Translations under genes and position numbers: made by a program | In this document: in pieces, positions 15,405-22,629 of the stretch | Layout: each line of letters opens with the position of its first letter | Numbering within the stretch: position 1 is the stretch's first letter | Assembly: GCA_035543015.1 (NCBI GenBank) | Contig: DATKKG010000075.1 | Span: forward strand, 1-24,000 | Direction: 5' to 3' | Origin: Conexivisphaerales archaeon | GTDB taxonomy: Archaea > Thermoproteota > Nitrososphaeria > Conexivisphaerales > DTJL01 | DNA: 24,000 nucleotides | Notes under the pieces: model-generated | Databases searched by the model: none | Told to the model about the DNA's origin: nothing | What the model saw: only the letters and a program-made list of their open reading frames with translations

Positions 15405-15495
15405 AGTAGTTTCACATGTTGTAAGATATCATCCTAACTAACATCAGTCTTATAGCGTCTCCGAAGTTGGCTTCATTCAGTAAAAGGTGCCAGGA

Positions 15496-17196
15496 ATGAC
15501 ATCCCAGCAGCTGGAAACCGTGACGCAGGAGTCCACACGCATCGACGCAGCAAAGCTAGTCACCCTTCTTGTGCTCAGCCTCGCGCTGGCCATAGTGATA
15601 ATCGACGGGACCATAGTCAACATCGCCCTTCCCTCCATTCAGACCCAGTTCGCCGTTTCGGTCAACGATCTGGAGTGGATAAGCGCCATTTACGCCCTCG
15701 TCTTCGGCGGCTTCCTCCTCACTTGGGGACGCCTGGGCGACGAGTTCGGACGCCGCCGCATTTTCATGGCCGGGATCCTGACGTTCATCTCCGGCTCGAT
15801 GATAACGGGCTTCGCAAACGGCCTTCCTATGATTCTTCTCGGTAGGCTAGTCCAGGGCTTCGGCGCCGCGATGGCTTCACCTTCCACTCTCTCCATACTG
15901 ACGACCACCTTCTACGGCCGCTCCAGAGGGATAGCGTTCGGGATTTGGGGAGCCGTGGCTGGAGCAGCCGGCGCCCTCGGACCTCTGATCGGAGGCTACC
16001 TTACCACATATGCCACCTGGAGATGGGCCTTCCTGATCAACGTGCCAATTGGAATAGTTGCTCTGGCGGGCTCCTACTTCTTCATCAAGGAGTCGATGTC
16101 CAGGTCCGGGCGCTACGACCCCGACTACCGGGGGACGGCTCTAGTGTCATCCGCCCTGGCCCTTCTCATATTCGGACTCATCGAAGGACAGACCTACGGC
16201 TGGCTGGCTGCGAACCAGGTCTTCAAGATTGGCAGCTTCACCTGGCCCTTCACCTCTGTGGCCATAACGCCGGTCGCCATGGCCCTCGGGCTTGTCTTGG
16301 CAGCTGCCTTCGTGCTGAACGAGAGGTCCCGCCTAAGGGCCGACAGAGAGGTCCTCCTCGACCTCAGGCTCCTGGGCTACCGCGGCTTCCGTTTCGGCCT
16401 TCTGACCGTGGGCGTCGTAGCCATGGGTGAGTTCGGCATCTTCTTCATCCTCTCGCTGTATTTCCAGTTGGTAAGGGGGATGAGCGCCCTCTCCACAGGC
16501 TATGCCCTTCTTCCGTTTGCGGGCACCGCTTTCTTCGCAGCACCCCTCGCAGGCCTTCTGTCCTCGCGCATAGGTGCGAAGTGGATAGTCACCACAGGCA
16601 TGGCCCTGGAAGCCACATCTCTGATCTTGCTTTCGCAGCTCACCGGCGTCAATACCTCTCTGACGACGATTTATGCCATTCTGGCGCTCTACGGGGTCGG
16701 AGTTGGGCTGGCGATAGGCCAGCTCACTGGCCTCGTCGTCGGCAGCATACCTCCTCAGAACGCGGGAACGGCTTCGGGCGCCAACAGCACCATTAGACAG
16801 TTGGGCGCGGCCTTCGGCGTGGCCATCATCGGGGCCGTGCTGGTGGCCCAGGTCTCCTCGGTGGGCCAGGCTCAGCTCCAGGCAAGCACAGTGATACCCT
16901 CCTACCTGAAAACGGCGCTAGCTCCCGTACTAAGCCAAGGACTCATCGGAGGCTCTGCCCCATCGCTGCCGCCATCGATCATCAACTCTCCAATAGGCCT
17001 GGCCATTCAGGGGATTTTCAACTCAGCGATAACCGAAGGCGTGCGATACGCCGCCTTGGTTGCCGGGTTCTTCGTCTCCCTAGGGGCGATAAGTTCCCTG
17101 CTACTGCCCAACAACAGGGTCAAGGGAATCAAAGGAGCCAAGAGCTCCCGCAATCAATATACTGAGAGAACCTACAAGGGAGTCGAGGGTAATTGA
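15496..17196 (+). CDS. MFS transporter, DHA2 (EmrB/QacA, 14-TMS) drug:H+ antiporter family
   Basis: LALAIVIIDGTIVNIALPSIQTQF, WGRLGDEFGRRRIFMAG, LLGRLVQGFGAAM and WRWAFLINVPIG, with about 14 hydrophobic segments. The ATG at 15496 has AGGTG 6 nt upstream; the longest ORF starts with GTG at 15487. Confidence 0.92.
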   Translation: MTSQQLETVTQESTRIDAAKLVTLLVLSLALAIVIIDGTIVNIALPSIQTQFAVSVNDLEWISAIYALVFGGFLLTWGRLGDEFGRRRIFMAGILTFISGSMITGFANGLPMILLGRLVQGFGAAMASPSTLSILTTTFYGRSRGIAFGIWGAVAGAAGALGPLIGGYLTTYATWRWAFLINVPIGIVALAGSYFFIKESMSRSGRYDPDYRGTALVSSALALLIFGLIEGQTYGWLAANQVFKIGSFTWPFTSVAITPVAMALGLVLAAAFVLNERSRLRADREVLLDLRLLGYRGFRFGLLTVGVVAMGEFGIFFILSLYFQLVRGMSALSTGYALLPFAGTAFFAAPLAGLLSSRIGAKWIVTTGMALEATSLILLSQLTGVNTSLTTIYAILALYGVGVGLAIGQLTGLVVGSIPPQNAGTASGANSTIRQLGAAFGVAIIGAVLVAQVSSVGQAQLQASTVIPSYLKTALAPVLSQGLIGGSAPSLPPSIINSPIGLAIQGIFNSAITEGVRYAALVAGFFVSLGAISSLLLPNNRVKGIKGAKSSRNQYTERTYKGVEGN

Positions 17197-18017
17197 ACTC
17201 AGCTGAAAGACGTAAGCTGATTTCCAAGTCTCCGATTTCCTTCAGGTACCTCAAGCGCTTCAACACGGCCGCCGGGGCTCTGCATCTCGTCCAAGGGCTG
17301 ATCATGCTGGCCCTAGGCCTCTCTCTGACCTGGAGCCGGGACATCTACACCTACTACCTCAAGTTCTCCGTCATCAGCCTGTCGCCGCCCGTCTTCAAGA
17401 TCGCCCCCAACCCCCAAGTCCTGTTCACCATCAACAACTTGGGCGCCATACTCGCTTCGTTCCTGCTCATATCGGCCGCCGCACACCTCATAATCGCCTT
17501 CGTCAGGAACAAGCAGTACAACGAGAACCTTTCCAAGGGCATGAACCCCTACCGCTGGTACGAATACTCACTGTCCAGCTCAATAATGATCGTCCTGATC
17601 TGCCTATTCCTGGGCATCTGGGACCTCTGGTCGCTGGTTATGATCTTCACGCTCAACGCCATGATGATCATGTTCGGCTACCTCATGGAGAAGATGAACC
17701 AGACCACGGAGAAGACGGACTGGTCGGCCTTCCTCCTGGGCTGCGTCTCCGGAGGTGTTCCGTGGGTGGTGCTGCTGGCCAACTTCGTGGGCCTCATCGG
17801 GTCTACGAACCTCAGGCCCCCGGCGTTCGTCTACATGATAGTGGTCATCTACTTCGTTCTCTTCAACAGCTTCGCCGTCAACATGGTGCTTCAGTACAAA
17901 GGAGTCGGGAAGTGGAAGGACTACCTCTACGGTGAACGCGTCTACATCCTCCTCAGCCTCATCGCAAAGAGCCTGCTGGCGTGGATCGTTTTCGTAGGGA
18001 TCTTCGCGCCGTTCTAG
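17193..18017 (+). CDS. Heliorhodopsin
   Basis: 274 aa. FNTAAGALHLVQ, AAAHLII, YRWYEYSLSSSIMIVLI, LGCVSGGVPW and FNSFAVNMVLQYKGVGKWKDYLYGERVYILLSLIAKSLLAW parallel remembered heliorhodopsin 48C12 motifs. The Schiff-base Lys (SLIAKS), counterion Glu (WYEYS) and both His are retained. The TTG start at 17193-17195 follows an in-frame TAA directly and overlaps the MFS TGA stop (17194-17196). Confidence 0.93.
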   Translation: MNSAERRKLISKSPISFRYLKRFNTAAGALHLVQGLIMLALGLSLTWSRDIYTYYLKFSVISLSPPVFKIAPNPQVLFTINNLGAILASFLLISAAAHLIIAFVRNKQYNENLSKGMNPYRWYEYSLSSSIMIVLICLFLGIWDLWSLVMIFTLNAMMIMFGYLMEKMNQTTEKTDWSAFLLGCVSGGVPWVVLLANFVGLIGSTNLRPPAFVYMIVVIYFVLFNSFAVNMVLQYKGVGKWKDYLYGERVYILLSLIAKSLLAWIVFVGIFAPF

Positions 18018-18036
18018 GCAACCAAGTGAAGACGCC

Positions 18037-18073
18037 GCCTCCGGTTTTCTTTTTGAGAAGCTCAGCCGGAGGC
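18037..18073 (+). terminator. Hairpin plus oligo-T tract after the heliorhodopsin gene
   Basis: gcctccgg (18037-18044) pairs with ccggaggc (18066-18073). The T-rich run ttttcttttt (18045-18054) lies 20-35 nt after the stop, like an archaeal oligo-T terminator. Confidence 0.45.
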
Positions 18074-18221
18074 ACTCCAGAACTTGGAAGGCTTCTCCGG
18101 GACCTCTGCTGACCATGCTTCGCCCAGCCAACAAATGTGACTTGAACCTTGTAAGTTATGATTCTAAATATCTTCCGACTTAAGTAGGATGCGAGAAAGG
18201 TCATTCTTAGGGAAAAACACG

Positions 18222-18632
18222 ATGGCAAACATCGTTCAAACCGCAATACAGGCTGGCTCCTTCAAGACGCTCGTAGCGGCTGTGCAGGCTGCCGGTCTGG
18301 TCGACACTCTGAGCAGCAAAGGCCCGTTCACGGTCTTCGCACCCAACGACGACGCCTTTGCTAAGCTGCCGAAGGGCACGGTTGAGAGCCTCCTTAACGA
18401 CAAGGCCAAGCTCACTTCCGTACTCACCTACCACGTCGTAGCCGGCAAGGTCATGTCAAGCGACGTAAGGACAGGCCCGGTCAAGACAGTCCAGGGACAG
18501 AACGCCCAGATGAAGGTGTCCGGCATCTTCTCCAAGACCGTCATGATCGACAACGCCAAGGTCATCAAGCCCGACATAGTGACCGACAACGGCCTAATTC
18601 ACGTAATCGACTCGGTCATCCTGCCAGAGTAA
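18222..18632 (+). CDS. Fasciclin (FAS1) domain protein, single domain, no signal peptide
   Basis: [50 protein letters not shown]...[10 protein letters not shown]...[13 protein letters not shown] is a canonical FAS1 domain. The family N-terminus fits the ATG at 18222; the longest ORF starts at 18189. Confidence 0.88.
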   Translation: MANIVQTAIQAGSFKTLVAAVQAAGLVDTLSSKGPFTVFAPNDDAFAKLPKGTVESLLNDKAKLTSVLTYHVVAGKVMSSDVRTGPVKTVQGQNAQMKVSGIFSKTVMIDNAKVIKPDIVTDNGLIHVIDSVILPE

Positions 18633-18647
18633 GACTGCCAGAGCGCC

Positions 18648-18653
18648 TTTTTT
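18648..18653 (+). terminator. T6 tract 16 nt after the fasciclin stop
   Basis: gagcgccTTTTTTagc, an archaeal-style oligo-T termination signal. Confidence 0.35.
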
Positions 18654-18791
18654 AGCTCCAGCGGGCCCTCTTTCCTAGAGGTTTCTTGTTTCTACAACAC
18701 CGGTATTCTAGAATGTTCTATGCAGCGTCTCCATGAACTCAATCGGAAGAGCAATACAATAAAGGGGTCTCAGACACTCATATGCCGCACA

Positions 18792-19652
18792 ATGGAAGCC
18801 ACCATGACGTTGGAGGGCAGGGTCTGCATGGTCACTGGCGCCACCTCTGGCATAGGCAGAGCCACTGCCGAGGCCCTGTCGCGGATGGGAGCTGCCCTAG
18901 TCTTGGTTGGTCGCAGTCGGGAGAAGAGCGAGGAGACGATCATGTTCATCAAGGAATCGACCGGCAACTCGAAAGTCGAGTACCTTCTGGCTGACCTGTC
19001 TTCGCAGAAGGAGATCCGAAGCCTGGTGGAGAAGTTCAAGTCAAACCACAGTTCGCTTCACGTCCTGGTCAACAACGCCGGAGCCACCTTCTCGAAACGC
19101 CGTGAGACCGTCGACGGCTTCGAGATGACCTGGGCCACCAATTACCTCAGCTGCTTCCTCCTGACGAACCTCCTCTTGGACCTGCTCAAGTCCAGCGCAC
19201 CTTCTCGCATCGTCAACGTGTCTTCCGGCCTGCACAGGCGTGCGCGGCTCGACTTCAACGACCTACAGCTGAAGGCAGGCTACTCCAGGGATCGCGCCTA
19301 CGATCTTTCCAAGCTCGCCATGGTTCTCTTCACCTACGAGCTGGCCCGCCGCCTTGAAGGGAGCCGTGTGACGGCGAACGCGCTGGGCCCGGGCCTCGTG
19401 AGGACGAACCTTGGAAAGAACGAAGACCTTGCGACCAAGCTGGCCAAGAGCTTCGCCGACCTCTTCGCCGCCAGTGCTGAAGAGGGGGCAAGGACCAGCG
19501 TCTACCTAGCTTCATCCCCGGAGGTGGAGGGGGTCACGGGGATGTACTTCCTGAAGGGCAGAGAGGCGCGATCCTCCGACTTGTCATACAATTCCGAGTT
19601 CGCCAAACGACTGTGGGAGATCAGCGAAGCGCAGACAGGGCTGAAGCGGTAG
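18792..19652 (+). CDS. SDR oxidoreductase of the retinol-dehydrogenase-like (RDH11-14 / WWOX-like) subfamily
   Basis: VTGATSGIGRATA, NNAGA, DGFEMTWATNYLSCFLLTNLLLDLLKSSAPSRIVNVSSGLH and AYDLSKLAMVLFTYELARRL (YxxxK) closely follow the remembered RDH12-type pattern (DGFE...NHLGHFLLT.LLL..LK.SAPSRIVNVSS..H; AY..SKLAN.LFT.ELARRL). TATA-like caataaag lies about 28 nt upstream of the ATG at 18792; the longest ORF starts at 18720. Confidence 0.9.
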   Translation: MEATMTLEGRVCMVTGATSGIGRATAEALSRMGAALVLVGRSREKSEETIMFIKESTGNSKVEYLLADLSSQKEIRSLVEKFKSNHSSLHVLVNNAGATFSKRRETVDGFEMTWATNYLSCFLLTNLLLDLLKSSAPSRIVNVSSGLHRRARLDFNDLQLKAGYSRDRAYDLSKLAMVLFTYELARRLEGSRVTANALGPGLVRTNLGKNEDLATKLAKSFADLFAASAEEGARTSVYLASSPEVEGVTGMYFLKGREARSSDLSYNSEFAKRLWEISEAQTGLKR

Positions 19653-19674
19653 GCAGCCTGCCGGCCGCTGGCTC

Positions 19675-19800
19675 GGCGCCCACGTCGGCATAGCCCATGC
19701 TGAAGGAGCCCCACACACCGATCTCTCTCTTGAGACCGTAGGCGTCCTCCCCGAGCCCCGCCCTGAGTCGTGCGACTTCTTTCTTCCGAACAGCAAGCCA
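19675..19800 (-). pseudogene. Possible 5' remnant of a permease gene (APC-like N-terminus), without start codon, truncated
   Basis: Minus-strand frame reads ...WLAVRKKEVARLRAGLGEDAYGLKREIGVWGSFSMGYADVGA, then degenerates (EPAAGRLPTAS...) into the antisense of the SDR 3' end. The protein-like stretch has an in-frame TGA upstream and no ATG. The APC assignment is from memory only. Confidence 0.25.
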
Positions 19801-19905
19801 CCTGCATCTGTCCTGACGGTGGAGGTCGGCTGGCGAGCATCTTCATGACGTTGCTTGGCACGAAACGTGGCTTCGCAGGTGCCTGATCGCGAGAAAGGAT
19901 GAAGG

Positions 19906-19913
19906 CTTATAAT
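19906..19913 (+). promoter_or_regulatory. TATA box (cTTATAAt) for metK
   Basis: TTATAA at 19907-19912 ends 25 nt before the GTG start at 19937, consistent with a leaderless archaeal transcript. Confidence 0.4.
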
Positions 19914-19936
19914 CCCAATCTCCCTCGACTCGTGGC

Positions 19937-21097
19937 GTGTCAAACAGCTATCTCTTTACATCCGAGTCCGTGGCAGAGGGCCATCCGGACAAGGTAGCCG
20001 ACCAGATCTCCGACGCCATCCTTGACGCCATCCTAGCCCAGGACCCAAAGGCCAGGGTGGACTGCGAGACTCTGGTAATGGAGAGCATGGTGATCGTAAC
20101 GGGCCAAATCACCACCAAGGCGACGGTGAACTACAAGAAGGTCATCAGGGGCGTCCTGAGGGACCTCGGTTTGAACAACGCCCGGGACGGCCTCGACTGG
20201 GAGACCTGTGGGATCCTTGTCTCGATCGAAGAGCAGTCGCCCGACATCGCCATGGGCGTCAACAAGGCTCCCGAGGAGATGGGCGCCGGCGACCAGGGGA
20301 TCATGTTCGGGTACGCCTGCAACGAAACGCCGGAGCTCATGCCCCTTCCCATAATGCTCGCCCACAAGATCGTCAAACGGCTGGCGGAGGTTCGAAAGAA
20401 CGGCGAACTGCCCTACCTCAGGCCCGACGGGAAGTCCCAGGTCACAGTCGAGTACACGGAAGGCAAGCCCGTAAGAGTGGAGGCGGTGGTCGTGGCGGCC
20501 CAGCATGAAGAGCACGTCGACAGGGAGAAGATGAGGAAGGACATCATCGAGAAGGTGATCAAGGAGGTCGTCCCCGCGAACCTCATCGACGCCAAGACGA
20601 AGTATCTTATCAACGAGACCGGCAGGTTCGTCGTCGGCGGAACGCTGGCCGACTCAGGGATAACCGGCAGGAAGATCATAGTCGACACGTACGGCGGGAC
20701 CGGCTCACATGGCGGCGGCTGCTTCGGCGGGAAGGACCCCTCGAAGGTCGACCGTTCGGCGAGCTATATGGCCCGCTACATCGCCAAGAACATCGTCGCC
20801 GCGGGCCTGGCCGACAGAGTTCAGGTGCAGATAGCCTACGCCATCGGAGTGGCGGAGCCCATCTCGGTCTTCGTGACGACCTACGGCACAGGCAAGGTAC
20901 CCGACGCCAAGATCACTGAGCTTGTCAAGAAGAACTTCGACCTGCGCCCCGGCATGATCATCAAACGGCTGGACCTCCTCAGGCCCATCTACAGGAAGAC
21001 GGCCTGCTACGGGCACTTCGGGAGGACCGAGCCGGAGTTCACGTGGGAGAAGACGGACGTCGCCGGCGACCTGAGACGGCAGGCTGGGCTGAAGTAG
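19937..21097 (+). CDS. metK: S-adenosylmethionine synthetase, bacterial/eukaryotic MetK type
   Basis: 386 aa. [57 protein letters not shown] and [19 protein letters not shown], collinear with E. coli MetK. GTG start. Confidence 0.95.
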   Translation: MSNSYLFTSESVAEGHPDKVADQISDAILDAILAQDPKARVDCETLVMESMVIVTGQITTKATVNYKKVIRGVLRDLGLNNARDGLDWETCGILVSIEEQSPDIAMGVNKAPEEMGAGDQGIMFGYACNETPELMPLPIMLAHKIVKRLAEVRKNGELPYLRPDGKSQVTVEYTEGKPVRVEAVVVAAQHEEHVDREKMRKDIIEKVIKEVVPANLIDAKTKYLINETGRFVVGGTLADSGITGRKIIVDTYGGTGSHGGGCFGGKDPSKVDRSASYMARYIAKNIVAAGLADRVQVQIAYAIGVAEPISVFVTTYGTGKVPDAKITELVKKNFDLRPGMIIKRLDLLRPIYRKTACYGHFGRTEPEFTWEKTDVAGDLRRQAGLK

Positions 21098-21159
21098 GGC
21101 GCATCGGTCACCCTAAGACGGGATCGTCCCACGAAGCCCTTTACCCCCGCGACCAGCAC

Positions 21160-22629
21160 TCATGAGGCTCCCTCCGGAAGAACCGGCACGTCCCGACTAT
21201 GGATCGTATACGTGAGGGCCGCCGCCAGGTTGACGCCATCGAACGGCTCCGCCGAGCTCCTCATGTACATGTCCGCCACCGGGGTCACCCGGTAGACTCC
21301 CGAGCTCGCGAGTCCCTCGACAAGCTCGTCCTTCTGCGGGCCCTTGGCCGCCAATCCCACCGTCTGCACCCTGTCGACCCCGCCGAAAGCCTTCCGAAAA
21401 CGGAGCCCCTCCACCTGCGCCAGGGCCTCGGCGGGCGTGTCGACGACCACCATCTCTAGGAACCGTTTCCTGTTGTAGAGGTTGAATGAGGGGAACGAGG
21501 AGACCGCATCGTCTAGCCCGCTCGACTTCTTAGAGAGGACGAGGGTCCACATGTTCCTTGGGTCGTCAGACGAGTAGACTTCGCTGCCTCCGAACCTGAG
21601 GATGCGTCGGACGCTCTGCAATGTGAAGATCGCACCCTCCCCCATCTTCATCTCGTAATCACTGCCGACCTTGGCCAGCTCTTCGCCCAGCGTCTCTGCG
21701 AATGCCTTAGCGGCCTCCCATCTCCCAATGAACGCTCCCTGCGTAGGCGAGCTGCAAAGCTGCTGGTCGTAGAGCACTATGTTCGTGGCAAGCTTCTGCG
21801 CGACCGTCCCGTCCGCCGAAGCCCCATCGACAACCACGAAGCCAGTCATCGGCCCGTTGACGAGATATCTCGGATGGAAGGGGTTCTCTAGGATAAGCTT
21901 GCCCACGGTCGTGCGTGCCGGCTCTCCACCCCAGAAGTTCACCAGGCCAAGGTCCCCCCTGCTCAGCAGTGCCCGGAGGGTAGGGCTATCATGGGTGAAG
22001 TAGCTGAGGGCGATAGCTTGAGACATCAGCCGGGCCGTGTCGGATGTTCCAGCCAACTCGCCTACAAGACTGAACACGTCGGCCACTGCCGAGTAGTTCG
22101 CCATTGAAGGGCGTAGAAGGGTGAAGTTGCCGGTTGCCAGAGACAGGACCGTCGGGATCAGGGGTGGAATTAGGGAGTTCCCAGAGCTTATGATGAACAC
22201 CGGCCCCACGGGCATGTACCTGCAGTACTCTCCAGGCGCGACTCGGCTGAACCGAACGAGCCCCTCCAGATTCGGGAACGAGGCGTCCAAGTTCCTCCTT
22301 ATGTTGGCCCCATTCAACACGAAGGGCACAAGGGAGAACTCCATCAGGCTCAGCTTTCTGCCGTAGCCCGCCGCCCGTGAGAGCGAGTCGATGGAGCCGT
22401 CGAGCTTCCCCGAGTCGAGGCGTTCCTTCCAGAGCCTCCCCACCCGGTCTATTACCTCCAACCTCTCTTCGACGGGCCTCTTCGAAAGCTCGAGCTGGAC
22501 CGACCTTCCTTCCGCCAAGAGCTCCCAGACGGAGGCTTCGCTCAGCTCGGATACCTCATGTCCGTCCAACTGCTTCTTCACGACCTCAGCGTGTCGTCCG
22601 AAGACCAGGGGATTAGTGCCCGAGGACAT
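21160..22629 (-). CDS. LuxC-like acyl-CoA (acyl-protein) reductase, ALDH superfamily
   Basis: About 489 aa from the ATG at 22629. TGNFTLLRPSMAN (ALDH-like GNxxxxKPS) and the catalytic-Cys context YDQQLCSSPTQGAFIG. Coupled to an upstream LuxE-like gene: its ATG shares one base with that gene's TGA (TGATG). Confidence 0.72.
   Translation of the reverse strand: MSSGTNPLVFGRHAEVVKKQLDGHEVSELSEASVWELLAEGRSVQLELSKRPVEERLEVIDRVGRLWKERLDSGKLDGSIDSLSRAAGYGRKLSLMEFSLVPFVLNGANIRRNLDASFPNLEGLVRFSRVAPGEYCRYMPVGPVFIISSGNSLIPPLIPTVLSLATGNFTLLRPSMANYSAVADVFSLVGELAGTSDTARLMSQAIALSYFTHDSPTLRALLSRGDLGLVNFWGGEPARTTVGKLILENPFHPRYLVNGPMTGFVVVDGASADGTVAQKLATNIVLYDQQLCSSPTQGAFIGRWEAAKAFAETLGEELAKVGSDYEMKMGEGAIFTLQSVRRILRFGGSEVYSSDDPRNMWTLVLSKKSSGLDDAVSSFPSFNLYNRKRFLEMVVVDTPAEALAQVEGLRFRKAFGGVDRVQTVGLAAKGPQKDELVEGLASSGVYRVTPVADMYMRSSAEPFDGVNLAAALTYTIHSRDVPVLPEGAS

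Noticed and set aside
17604-18246. 176-aa and 95-aa minus-strand ORFs antisense to and downstream of heliorhodopsin
   Set aside because: The products are charged and low-complexity with no motif. The region is explained by the heliorhodopsin 3' end, its terminator and the fasciclin promoter.
19653-19936. Possible SAM riboswitch upstream of metK
   Set aside because: I could not find S-box/SAM-II-like conserved cores. The TATA box 25 nt before the GTG implies a leaderless mRNA with no room for a riboswitch.
19502-19943. 119-aa minus-strand ORFs 19502-19861 and 19584-19943
   Set aside because: The products are R/S/G-rich and non-protein-like, and they overlap the SDR 3' end. Only the third minus frame shows a short protein-like stretch, reported as a possible remnant.
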